A stretch of DNA of 64,000 bases. Source: Okamejei kenojei. Lineage: Eukaryota. The stretch lies in the NCBI GenBank assembly GCA_035221665.1, contig CM069134.1, positions 89,714,001-89,778,000 of the forward strand, given 5' to 3'. The first letter of the stretch is position 1. Each line of letters begins with the position of its first letter. Positions 49,253 to 61,204 of this stretch are shown one piece after another. The notes beneath the pieces were generated by a model, which saw only the letters and a list, made by a program, of their open reading frames with translations, was not told where the DNA came from and did no database searches. The position numbers were made by a program, and so were the translations under genes.

Positions 49253-50679
49253 GAATATATATATATATATAATATATGTACAATTTTATATATAGTCATA
49301 TTTATCCCAGACAGGCCAGAACAGATAGTTACTTTGAAATAATTCCATAGATTAATACAATTCTGATCCCAGAGCACTTGAGGTTTTAGAATCGCCATCC
49401 TTTTACGTGGGGCAAAATATTTCTTAAGAACAGTAAAGTTAATATTATATTCAGATTGACAAATGCATGAAGAGATGGCATTAAGATAAAATATTTCATT
49501 GGAATGCTAACAATTGCTTTGAAAAACCCAAGGATAAAACTTGTAGGGAAATGGAAATGCATTTATCTGCCTTTTTTTATGATGTAATTCATAAAGAATG
49601 AATTACTTAATAAATATTATTAGAAGAATTGTGGCACCTTTTAATATGTAGCAAGGTTTCAAATAATAGTGATGCAAACACAACATTACCCCATTCCTTG
49701 TGATGGTCGTTTAAGGTGGAACTAGATTTCAATGGCTATTCTCTGTTCTATTCTGAATATCATAATGCAATTGATCTTACCTATTTGATAAGCAAAAAAT
49801 ACATTGGAGCCTTAAGTTTAAAGTCTCATCTGCAGGACGATGCCCAGCAACACTTGAGCAACATTCTAATGGCGCATCAGTCAATTCTGTTTGCTTAAGT
49901 CCAGGAGGGAGGTTCTTTATAAATATCAACACAATTAAATTTGTGGAAGAAAACTTAGCTCATAACTGCCCTGAGGATGGTAATGTGCCAGGAATGAAAA
50001 TTATAATATTGAGATGAAACTTGGCAGGAGATCACATTATTCTTATGCTGGAGGGGGCAGTAAGATGTCTTTGAATTTTTTTATTTTAATAAAGTTGAGT
50101 TGAATCTGGAGACATTTCAAACATGGGCTTTAGAAAGCAACCAGATATGAAAAGTGGTATGGTTCCTGAACCTCATGAACAGGGAAAGAACGAGAAACAA
50201 TACTTCCATAATTGAATTACAAAAACACAACTTGCGTGCAGGAGTAGGAGTTCATTTCTGATCCTGCTCTGCCATGCAGTAAGATATTGGTTCACCTGAA
50301 CGTAACCACTGCAGCATTCTCTTCTACCCATGGCAAACTTTCAGCTCCTTATCAAGAATCCATTAACCTCTGCTATAAAACATATTTAAAGTCCTTTGAG
50401 GAAGGCTGTTTCAAATCTTCTGAGAAAAATGTGCTTCATTCTTAAATAGATAAGCCTTTATTTTTAAATAGATCTAGATTGTTCAAGAGAAACCAGACTC
50501 CCCATGGACCCTGTCCAAACCCCTCAGCACGTTATTTTACCATCTAATTCTTCTAAAATCCAGTGAATAAAAGCCTAGGGTCTCTGATCTTCCCTTATAA
50601 GACAACCCCCACCCCCACAAGGCTATCTCGCAGTTCCAGGTGATGGTTCAGTAACCTCTGAATTGCTTCTGGCATCCTG

Positions 50680-51495
50680 GTCACACACTCATTTCACCAC
50701 TGCCAATGGGAAGAAGGTGCAGGAGCCTGAAAACTGTGATTCCAGGTTCAGGAACAGCTTCCCTACAGCTATCAGGCTATTAAACATGACAACCTCAAAT
50801 AAGCTCTGAACTTCTATAGACATTATTATTGCACTATTATTGTTTTGTGTGTATTTGTGTGTGTACTCGTGAGTATGTGTGTATTTATGCACACTAACTT
50901 TTTTTTCTCTTTATCATATTGTTTAAAACATAGAAACATATAAATTAGGGCAGAGTATGCCATTCAAATCCCTTCGATCCTGCACCGCCTTACAATATGA
51001 TCATGGCAGATCATCCAACACAGTATCCCGTACCTGCCTTCTCTCCATACCCTCTGATCCCCTTAGCCACAAGGGCCACATCCAACTCACTCTTAAATAT
51101 AGCCAATGAACTTCCTAAACTACCCTCTGTGGCAGAGAGTTCCAGAGACTCACCACTCTCTGTGTGAAAAAAGTCTTTCTCATCTCGGTCTTAAAGGATT
51201 TCCCCCTTATCCTTAAGCTGTGACCCCTTGTCCTGGACTTCCCCAACATCGGGAACAATCTTCCTGCATCTAGCCTGTCCAACCCCTTAAGAATTTTGTA
51301 AGTTTCTATAAGATCCCCTCTTAATCTCCTAAATTCCAGAGAGTATAAACCGAGTCTATCCATTCTTTCTTCATAAGACAGACTGGATAGACCAGTTTAC
51401 GGTGTACTATGTTTACATATTCTGTTGTGCTGCAGCAAGTAAGAATTTCATTGTTCTATCTGGGACATATGACAATAAAACACTCTTGACTTGAT
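50680..51495 (+). mobile_element. Rex1/Babar-type LINE 3' end, interrupted by a CR1 (50927-51382, minus strand)
   Basis: LPMGRRCRSLKTVISRFRNSF-like remnant and tail atgacaataaaacactcttgacttga. The nested CR1 encodes LGLYSLEFRRLRGDLIETYKILKG. Confidence 0.75.
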
Positions 51496-51984
51496 ATATC
51501 AACCTATCAACATCCTTCCTTAAATGAGATGATTGCCAAATATAATATTCCGGGTATGGCCCCATATATAGCTGAAGCATTGTGTCGCTAGAATTCAGAT
51601 ATTCAATTCCATGGGAATCGACAATACTATTGCATTAACATTACTAGATTTCCTTGTTATTTTACCGATAGATGGGGCCAGTCAAATAAAAGCTGTGACT
51701 GTGGTAGGGAACGATAGCAATTGTTTTTTCAAAGATTATCCCTTTAGATGACTTGCGCTTCTGAATGAGATGTCATTGATTTATGACTTAGTGATCCACA
51801 AAATCCAATGATAGGGCATTATAGCAATGAAATGCAGAGCATGGCTCAGTGATTTCACCTCTGAATCAAAAAGTGCTACCACTGAATCATGGCTGACGTT
51901 GAAGGAGAGGTGACATTGCCCAACGGTAATGGTGAGGGCGGCAAAAATATGTGTAGGAATAAACCGCAGATGCTGGTTTAATCT

Positions 51985-52686
51985 GAATTCAGATTATTAT
52001 CTGAATGGTGTCAGATTAGGAAAAAGGGAGGTGCAACAAGACCTGGGTGTCCTTGTACATCAATCACTGAAAGTAAGCATGCACGTACAGCAGGCAGGTC
52101 CTACTGCAGTTGTACAGGGCCCAGGTGAGACCACACTTGGAGTATTGTGTGCAGTTTTGGTCTCCTAATTTGAAGAAGGACATTCTTGCTATTGAGGGAG
52201 TGCAGCTCCCGCAACCTCAGTAGGTTTACCAGCTTAGACAGAAATATGATGAAAGAATGGTTACTGGCTTGTATTCACTTGAATCTAAAATTGGAGGGAT
52301 CTTATGGAAACCTGTACATCTTAAGGATTGGACAGGCTAGATGCATAACAAATGTTCCCCATGTTGGGGGAGTCATCAGAACTAAAGGGTCAAGTGTAAA
52401 ATTAAGAATAAGTAGGCCATTTAGTCTGAGATGAGGGAAAATCTTTTCACAGACCAGAAGTTGTAATCTGTGGAATCTCCTGCCACTGCGGCAGTGGTGG
52501 TCATTTCTCTGGATGTTTTCAAGAGAGAATCCCATATTAAACACTTGGGGCTAACTGATTCAAGGGATATGGAGAAAAGTAGAAACAGGGTACTGATTTT
52601 GGATGATCAGCCATGATCATATTGAATGGCGGTGCTGGCTCGCAGTGGCAGAATGGCCTACTCCTGCACCTATTTTCTATGTGTCT
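51985..52686 (+). mobile_element. Degraded CR1 3' fragment
   Basis: [29 protein letters not shown] followed by CR1 3'UTR. Confidence 0.8.
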
Positions 52687-52694
52687 AATCCGAA

Positions 52695-52803
52695 GATAGA
52701 CACAAAAAGCTGGAATAACTCAGCGGGTCAGGCAGCATCTCGAGAGAAAGGGCATAGGTGATGTTTCGCATCGAGACCTTTCTTCAGACTGAGAGTCAGG
52801 GGA
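52695..52803 (-). mobile_element. Penelope-terminal-repeat short element
   Basis: Homologous to 25347-25449; stem II of the core is degenerate. Confidence 0.75.
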
Positions 52804-53004
52804 AAGCTATGTATAGTGGACGAGGAGTGCTTTACATGCAAGAATCTGAATAGAGATGATTTTGCATATTACTTAATTGGTAAATCACATCTAAAAGAGT
52901 ATTAGATATTCACTTACAGAATAAGTAACTCATTCTTTTTAAAGCTAGATTCTAGTGTTGTTGTGTTCTTTACTCTCCATTTTTCTGATTCACAGTACTA
53001 CTAT

Positions 53005-53200
53005 GTAGGGAAATGTATAGGGGGCAATTAACTGACCAATCTGCGCATCTTTGGAATGTCGGAGGCACTGGGAGCAAACCTATGCATTCACTGGCTCAGC
53101 CTGCAAACTCCATTCAAACAGCACCCAACGTCAGGATTCAGCCCAGATTGCTGGGGCTATGAGGCAACAAGTGGACTAGATGTTCCACAGTGCCATCCAA
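53005..53200 (-). mobile_element. V-SINE (HE1-like), degraded
   Basis: tgcaaactccattcaaacagcacccaacgtcaggattcagccc…tgaggcaac, homologous to 26400-26666. Confidence 0.6.
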
Positions 53201-53382
53201 TGTCAGACATTAGAAAGTGAGTACCACAAAATCTGACTGTGGATATGCATCAATACTGAAGTGATCTCGCACTGATCCTTATCCACAAACCTGCACCTTC
53301 TATTAAAGTTCATAGAGAGCGGCAGGAAAAGGAATTTTGGTTCCCCGTTTCTCCTTCCTAAATCAAAGGCAGTGGCACTATT

Positions 53383-53742
53383 TAGACAAAAGTGCTGGAG
53401 AAACTCAGCGGGTGCAGCAGCACCTATGGAGCGAAGGAAATAGGCAACATTTCGGGCCGAAACCCTTCTTCAGACTGATGGAGGGTAGTGGGGGCGGGGA
53501 GAAGAAAGCAAAAAGGAGGAGGAGGAGCCCAAGGGCTGAGGGAGAGCTGAGAAGGGGAGGAGACAGCAATGGCTTACGGATTTGGGAGAATTCAATGTTT
53601 ATGCCACAAGGATGCAGACTGCAAAAGCGGAATATGAGGTGCTGTTCCTCCAAGTTCTGGTGGTGCTCACTCTGGCCATGGAGGAGGCCCAGGACAGAGA
53701 GGTCGGATTCGGAATGGGAGGCGGATTTGAAGTGCTGAGCTT
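53383..53742 (-). mobile_element. Penelope-like 3' fragment with hammerhead-like core
   Basis: AQHFKSASHSESDLSVLGLLHGQSEHHQNLEEQHLIFRF; minus strand CTGAAGA-a-gggt-TTCG-gccc-GAAAT-GTT. Confidence 0.85.
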
Positions 53743-54149
53743 GAAAGCTGCCCCATTGTCTTCCATTCCTTGGCAATTATCTCAGCTCCTGTCAGTGTAC
53801 CAGCTGTTTATTCTCCCATCTACCATGGCACTGTCCAGTATCTCAACACCTCTTCCAGCATTATCTATAAATTAGCATGCTTTGTAAGTTGATTTGGAGC
53901 AAATTACTTAACTATTTTCTTGAAAAAAAACACACTTTTCTACTTGCTACTTAAATTCCCTGCTCCTTTCTACCATCTTGATCACCTTGGCCCTTCACTG
54001 TTTTCCCTCAACATGCGTAACATTTTCAATTTATGTTGAGTATTCAGTAGCTTCCTAGGCTTAAATATTTTTAACAAAAGGACCCCGAGGGTAGTAATCT
54101 CCAGGTTACTCCCAGTGTCACGTTGAGTTTATTAGGTTACTTTATTGTA

Positions 54150-54450
54150 ATGGGAGAGTCGAGCCAGAGGGCACAGCATCAGAATAACAGGATGTACCTT
54201 TTAGAATGGAGATGAGGAGTAATACCTTTAGCCAGTGGGTGGTGAATCTGTGGAATACATTGCCATAGACAGCTATGGAGGCCAAGACATTGATTATTTT
54301 TAAAGCAGAAAATTGAATAGGTTCTTGATTAGTAAGGGTGTCAAAGACAGGAATAATGGGGAGGGATATATAAATCAGCATAATTGATTTGATCAGCACA
54401 GCAGATTTGATGGGCAGAATGGCCTAATCCTGCTCCTACATCTTATGGCA
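54150..54450 (+). mobile_element. CR1 3' fragment
   Basis: gtggtgaatctgtggaat…ggcagaatggcctaatcctgctcctacatcttatgg, a typical CR1 end. Confidence 0.75.
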
Positions 54451-54740
54451 TACTACCCACCACCCCCACCCCCCCCCCCCCCCCCCCCCCCCCCCCGCCC
54501 ACATACAGTCATCACCATTGCTAATCCAGAACTTTGTCCCTCCCCATTTTGAGAGATCTTGTATTCTTGAACTTTGCTCAGAATATCTCTCATGGTCTTC
54601 AAAGTAAACCTACCTCCGCAGACTGACCTGCTGAGGGTGCCCAGTGCTTTTTGTTTGATTCTCTTTTTCAGCAACAACAATTTTTGAAATTTGTGACTAC
54701 TTCACTGCCAGAATGGATGGCACATTAGGTTTTAAGCTAC

Positions 54741-54815
54741 GGTAGACAAAAATGCTGGAGAAACTCAGCGGGTGAGGCAGCATCTATGGAGCGAAGGAAA
54801 TAGGCGACATTTCAG
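54741..54815 (-). mobile_element. Truncated Penelope-terminal-repeat element
   Basis: ggtagacaaaaatgctggagaaactcagcgggtgaggcagcatctatgg matches the reverse complement of about 2755-2802; it breaks off inside the core. Confidence 0.75.
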
Positions 54816-55127
54816 TTGAGAGCTATATTTGTTTTAAACTGAAACTGAACTGATCTGTTCAGACTGAAAAATGTAGTGCTTTTTTTTTTAAATGAAGTGT
54901 ACATTGGTAGTAGTTGCAAGTGGAATTGGATAAAATCATCAAAAGGAGCAATATTTGACTTTTTTTGCTATATTTGACATTTATACATAGACCAAGAACT
55001 CTTTACCCTATGTTTAATCCATTGAAATAAACTTATCTGTAACTATTTTATAACTGAACCAAAGATAATCCAGCACATTCTCTGGACTATTCATCTGGTC
55101 TTTTGCATTCTGCAGAATGTATTGATC

Positions 55128-55692
55128 TGTTCAATTCAATTCAACTTTAATGTCATTGCACAGATACAAGTATGGGTACAACGAAATGCAGTTTAGTGAC
55201 AGTACGAAGTGATAGCAATATATAGATAAATACAGATAAATAAATACAGATGTGGAAATCTATCGGCGGGACTCCGAGTTCAGCAGTGCGATGGTGTTAT
55301 TATAGAAGCTACTCCTCATCCTGCTGGTGCGGGACCTGAGGCTCCTGTACCGCCTCCCCGATGGTAGGAGGGCAAACAGTCCATGGTTAGGGTGGGAGGG
55401 GTCCTTGATGATCTTCCCAGCCCGTCTCAGACACCGTTTTCGGTGGAGGGCATCCATGGCAGGGAACGGGGCACCGATGATGTACTGGGCGGTTTTCACC
55501 ACCCGTTGGAGTGCTTTCCTGTCTGCTACGGTGCAACTGCTGTACCATACCGTAAAGCAGGTGGTCAGGATGCTTTCAATGGTACAGCGGTAAAAGTTGG
55601 TCAGGATCTAGGGGGACAGGTGGGCTTTTTTGAGCCTCCTCAGGAAGTAAAGGCGCTGCTGCGCCTTTTTGATCAGCTTGGAAGTGTTCTGG
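55128..55692 (-). mobile_element. Rex1/Babar-type LINE 3' fragment with (TTGAA)n tail
   Basis: VKTAQYIIG…RCLRRAGKIIKDPSHPNHGLFALLPSGRRYRSLRSRTSRMRSSFY, with upstream KKAQQRLYFLRRLKK. Confidence 0.85.
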
Positions 55693-56929
55693 ACATTATT
55701 TCCTTTGCTTACAACCTTCATTGTTAACAATGGGGTATGCAGTCCCCTTTTAATGTAAGTTAATAATATATCATCATTTAAGTTTTTTCTATGTTCCCAC
55801 GAACCAAAGAAGGAAATTTTTTTTTAATCTTACTTGAAGTTGAACATTTTCAGTCTGTACTTTATAATTTATAGATTCATGGATTAAATATGCATTCATT
55901 TGCAAGTTGCACATTTCTCTGTATTTTTTTCAGGGTTTGATTATTTTTATTTGAATCTTCCTCATTCCAAACAAGTTCTCTATAATTTTTTTATTCAGCA
56001 TCGAGTTTGATACCTGAGAGTATTTTTTGTCATTTTCAACTTTCCCAGTGTCTTTATCAGTAAGGAATTCCATCGAAATTCTGATTGAAATAATGTAATT
56101 TTCCATGAATAATATTCAAATACATGCGGAATTTGTCCTTCTATTTGTTTAATTGTATTGCTAAGGACTTCATGTTGATGGAATATTTTCAGTGAATGCC
56201 CATCGGTCAGACAAATCTCTTCTATATTTGCATATGTAACCCACCGTTGTGAGCATGCTTTTTCTCCTATTTATACTTGCATTCTCATTGATTTGTCTAT
56301 TTTGACACGGTACGCATTACCTGTAGTTTGCTTATTTTATATCTGCCGATCACTTTCCTACATTTACAACTTTTTTCTGTGATATGACTTATGTGGTACC
56401 AATTTATTGAGGCTTATATTAACAATAACCTAAATGAATTGTTCTGAGGTAGCCACTGCTCTGAGGTGCAGAGAGTGCTGCAAGCCATTGGAAACTAGGA
56501 GATTTTGTCAAAAATTATGGTTTTTGTCCTTTCACAAGTCAAATGATTTATTTTTCACAAAATAATCAAATTTCTGGCGAATAGTTTATGTGGACTGTTT
56601 AACAACAGGTAATTGAATTTTGCAAATATCAGCAATCCCAATGTGCGTGCCAACTACTTGGTTGTACTGGAGGATGATAATGTGTGGAGCTCTTGGTTAT
56701 AATGTATGAATGACCAATGTTAAACTGTTTAAACTTAATGTTTTAGACCTTTAAGATTTTATTATCTGACAAAATAATTACATTTGTGCACTAAGATAAT
56801 GTTAAATAACTTTGGGGGGAAATCAACACATTGTTACACACATACAATTCTACAGTTAATTCCAATCTTTCTTTAAACATTTAAACTTATCTTATCAATC
56901 AAGCTTTTAACTGACTACCTATTCTGATG

Positions 56930-57232
56930 ACATTGTAAAAATTACCTTTATTCTCTTGTATTTATCTCAACATTCCCTTCAGCAGCTTGTGTACTCGTAT
57001 AGTATATAGGTCCCTGTATTTGACCTCAGTGTTTTTGTTTTTTGTCCTTTTACACTCTCAATCTTTTATTTTATATTTTTATATAAATCTGTGCTTTTTA
57101 TGTTATGAACTGTCTGTCCTTGCTGTATTAAATTGTATTTTTGCTTAGAACTGTTTTTTTTGTGAAAAGCACTTGGGTTGCATTCAATTGTACGAAAAGT
57201 GCTATACAAATAAAGTTTATTATTATTATTAT
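56930..57232 (+). mobile_element. LINE 3' tail (L2-like) ending (TTA)n
   Basis: gtgaaaagcacttggg…aaagtgctatacaaataaagtttattattattatt; the 5' boundary is uncertain. Confidence 0.5.
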
Positions 57233-57646
57233 AGAATAATTAGTAGTGAACACAAATATTTGATCTTCAGCATGAAACAGAATCATTCTGATTAAATGTG
57301 ACCAAAATCTCTTTGCTGATACAACTGAAATGTTTACACAAACGTTTTCTGTTGAAATAAGTTCACCACTTTCTAATGTGTTCCTTTATCTCTGCTTTGT
57401 AAAGTGATTTAATGCACTATTATTCCGTGCTAATTTCAAATCACTGTGATACAAAGGCACACTGTTCTCCGTGAATAATATTTTTGGCCTTGAATGGAAC
57501 ACGCTTTTGCACATTTAATTGAAAAAATGTATAGTTTCTGAAAATGTATTTTAAGACTTAACACATCAGAGCCTTGATTTTACCTTTCCTCTGTTTGAAT
57601 AGGAGCACTTTTTCATTTTTGACTTTCTGCCCCGTTTAATTTACAG

Positions 57647-57727
57647 GATCTTTTTACAATCAGTGCTCATGTTTATGCTCAGAAGCCACAAATGGATATT
57701 CATACTTTTGAAGGAACCTTCACACGG
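57647..57727 (+). CDS. ATP9B: ATP9B next coding exon (81 bp, phase 0-0)
   Basis: Acceptor ttacAG at 57645-57646 and donor GTgagt at 57728. Translates [27 protein letters not shown], in frame with exon 3320-3414 and matching recalled ATP9[28 protein letters not shown]. Confidence 0.95.
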
Positions 57728-58792
57728 GTGAGTTGGAATATCTTGCAGCTTTATGGATAATTTGCTCAAGAAACCGGAAGCTTAAATCCAATGATGTGTA
57801 ATTCTAAATATTTGTTTTTAAGTAATTAGCATTCCATTACAATAAATTTAGAGACTCGAGTTACAGCTGTTAAATTTCGAATACTGTGTTTTCTTTGCCA
57901 CTGACATTGCCTTCAGCAATTTGAAGTAAAGGAAAAGCTGCTGTTGCTAGGAAAACTCACAGATGTTAATGTTCAATGCAAGGTTGTTTCTTTTGAGATT
58001 GTTATTCATTAAACTTTTGCAGTGAGGGGGAAAATATAAACCAAGAACAGTTGACTAATGTAACTTTACAGTGTTAAGCATGAATGAACTGTCATCAGCT
58101 AAATAATTACTGTCCGATTTCCAGTAAAAGCACCAACAATTTTGAGTTTGTATTTATAGCAGATTAGCAGTGACTGAAAACGTGTCTGCAGAGAAAGCAA
58201 TATCACAAAGACGATCATTGTTTATTGGCTCCATTCTTGGCCACACACTAGGCTTCCCACGACAGCATTTCCTGTTCTGAATTATTCTTTATCCTCTGTA
58301 ATTTGTTGTTTTTTTTTGTGTGACAGGTTAACACTTTTATTTTAAAACTTGATTGTATCCAGTATTCAATTTCATATAATTCTGTGCAAAGACAATCTAT
58401 ATCCAATGGTATTAGATTTTTGAAAACCTTGGAAGTTGAATGATATTTCAGTATGCCTTCTTGAGATAAAACATTCCCAGCATTATTGTATCTTTTGTCT
58501 TTTGTTAAAGTACAGAAACCATTATTGTTACACCTCAATAAGCAATCTGTTAGCAATTTTAAAAAAAAGCCTTCTGAAATTTTATATTTCATATTAGGTT
58601 TTATGATTGTGATTGTGATTGTTGTTAGCTGTTGCTACATGAAATCACACTGCTCATGGCTTACTCCAAGATGAACATTATTTAAGATGCATGAACTTCA
58701 AGTATCTTAATTTATAGACAATTTAGGATTTAAGGAAGATTTCATTGTAACTTTGATATGACTATATTTGTTACTTTTGGCCAAATTGGAGA

Positions 58793-59508
58793 GGCCAGGG
58801 CACTAAAATTGAGGAAAGGCTTCTGGGCTGCTAGGCCATTTGGTCAATTTAAATGTGCCTTCTGCAAAAATGGGACAAGCTGCAGAATGGTGCCAATTTG
58901 TCTAAAGCCTAGATAAGAGCTGCAGGAAAAGAATGGAACATCTGCAGATCCTGACAATTAGGTGCAAAATGTATTGAATGGATTGGATGAATGCAAACCA
59001 AACATACACATTATAAATAATGTTGCAAAGCTGTACTTTGCTAGAAGTTGATCGGATTAAGTATTGAGCCTTGTCTGGGTTTCTTGAATATCAAGGCACA
59101 TGTTGCGATGTTTCCTTCATTTCAGAAGCTCCGTTTGAATACATTGTATTAGTCACTATTATTGGGTTGAGTAAATGTCTATAGTGTACTGGGTTAATCA
59201 ATATCTTATTGGACTGTAAAGAGACCATCCCCATGTGGTTCGGCCCCTCAAGGTTCAGGGACCTATAAAAGGTGACTCCCACGAGGTCCTGTGTCGATCT
59301 TCTGGGAGAACGCTTGGGACTGCGTGACCTTCTGGAGTGTCTCTGTTTGAACGAGGCTAAGAGGGCAGATACGAGGATCGAACCTGCGGTGGTTAGGTAT
59401 AGTAGTGGGAACTGTAATTGTGTTTTGTCAAAATAAAGATTAGTTGCTTGTCTCAGTGATTTTTGACTGAAACTAGACTGGGGGGAAGCTTAGAACAAGC
59501 TATTTACA
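58793..59508 (+). mobile_element. Solo-LTR-like repeat, copy 2 (uninterrupted)
   Basis: Homologous to 3971-4345 plus 4890-5255; ctataaaag at about 59263, AATAAA at about 59432, ends tatttaCA. Confidence 0.7.
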
Positions 59509-60009
59509 TAGTGTATGCTTACTGAACCCTAAATCTGTTTAAATTGAGAAATTACAATGCAGGTTGATGTGATTGCAACGACAGCTAATTTTCTTGATGT
59601 AATGAGGAAGATTGCATCTTGAAATTGTTCATATTTATATATTAATCTTTGTTTTAAATATATTTAAATTTATTTTATTTTCAGACTGTATTCAGTAAAA
59701 AAAAATGTTCCTAGAGCTGAGTGAAGTGAAAGGAAAATGTAATTAAAATCTGATAATATCTGTTCAAGGTAAAAGATTGCATGTTTAGAGATGCACAAAA
59801 TCAATTAAGTTTGCCTTTTGATTTTCTTTACAGTATCTGTATGCACAAATAATAGTTTTACTTGCTGTTCTATAATGTTTATATATACAATTAAAAAGCT
59901 GTTTCTCGGTATTCAACTCACATTTTGATTTTATAATGCCACTGTATCAAATGTATCTTCAATATTTGAGGTAGGTTTGAATAATAAATGTTTGAATTAT
60001 AATTTTTAG

Positions 60010-60235
60010 CGGGCATAGTGGTGCAAGCAGTAAAGCTACCACCTCATGTCACCAGTGACCCAAGTTTGATCCTCAACTCTTATCTATGTGGAGTTCATAT
60101 GTTCTCCCTTTAACCACATGGTTCTTCCAGGTGCTCCAATTTCATTCCACATCCCATACATGTGCAAGTTGACAGTTACCCACTGTAAGTTACCTCTGGA
60201 GTGCAGATGAGTGGTAGATCTGGGCAACATTGGTG
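60010..60235 (+). mobile_element. V-SINE (HE1-like)
   Basis: tRNA-like head gggcatagtggtgca…gacccaagtttgatcc, then V-domain tgtggagttcatatgttctcc…gtgctccaatttcattccaca. Confidence 0.65.
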
Positions 60236-60249
60236 TTGCCGAATACTCA

Positions 60250-60785
60250 AACGTTTACAGTAGAGACCATCCTGACTGTCAACACAGCCTGGATCGATAA
60301 CATGAATGCTGAAGAACGAAGGAGGATGTAGAAATTGGGGGACATTGCACGATACTGACCTCCTCATCATCGAAGGGATACACAGGAAGCATTCATTTCA
60401 AATGGCAGTTAATCCCATCAAAGACCACACCACTCTGGTCATGCTCTCATATTACTGCTACTATTGGGAAGAAGATACAAGATCCGGAGAAGCCATGACC
60501 TGCAGATTAAAGAACAACTTATTCCCATTACCTCTCAGGCCGCTTGAGCCTTACTGCACAATCCAAATCACAGCCCTACCTCTGTAATGATCTTCTATGG
60601 ACGTTGCATTAAGTGCTTTTGTTTGCACTATTATGGTCTGGTTACCTAGTATTATTGACAATATATTCCTTTATTTGTCATTGTGTATTAATTTATTTTT
60701 GTGTTTAATGTGCCTATATACCTGCAGCAAGTAAGAATTTTATAGTTTCATACCAGTGCATATGACACTTAAATGTTCTTGACTA
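60250..60785 (+). mobile_element. Old Rex1-type LINE 3' fragment
   Basis: IKDHT…GRRYKI…RLKNNLFP remnants and tail gcagcaagtaagaattt…atatgacac. Confidence 0.6.
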
Positions 60786-61204
60786 TTGGAATACGAACAT
60801 AATGGGTTCCAGGGAAAATTTGTCTGGAATGGCATAGTTCTATGAGTTAGCGTAGGCTTTATAGTGAAATTGCTTCAAATCTCGTCAGGAAATGTAGAAC
60901 AATATATTGAAACTATCAAATTAAGAGGACTCAGCGTGTACAAAATGAAATTAGGCTTCAGGTGAGGGAGCAGAGGATTGCTTTTGTAAGAACTGATAAA
61001 TAACGGACCTAATCCTTCTACATTTTACCAGCTTTAAATACTGAGGCAGGATAAATTAACATGTTTTTTAGAACGGTATTTGTAGATTTTCTCGAAGTTA
61101 TATTTTGCTCAATTGTCTTTCAGTGTTGTTAGTGCAGAATGTTTTATAATGCATTTTAACTGCTTCTATTTAGGGTTAAGATTACAGAAAATCATAATTG
61201 ATTT

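Larger units (their letters stand above)
3415..57646 (+). other. 54,232-bp GT-AG intron of ATP9B
   Basis: The two exons join contiguously (…LPALG|DLFTIS…) as in the known protein, so no constitutive exon is missing between them. Confidence 0.88.

Noticed and set aside
3320-57727. Assignment to the paralogue ATP9A
   Set aside because: [28 protein letters not shown] matches my recollection of ATP9B; ATP9A reads differently here ([24 protein letters not shown]).
3971-59508. A single giant LTR retrotransposon bounded by the two LTR-like repeats
   Set aside because: The span contains a host ATP9B exon, the copies are clearly diverged, and I found no PBS, PPT or shared TSD.
59685-59768. Possible extra ATP9B exon (ttttcAG … AG|GTaaaa, 84 bp)
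   Set aside because: In-frame TAG at 59712 and no similarity to the expected next exon (EDSDPP…), which must lie beyond the window.
60010-60080. tRNA gene
   Set aside because: Degenerate tRNA-like head continuous with a V-SINE body; no full cloverleaf.
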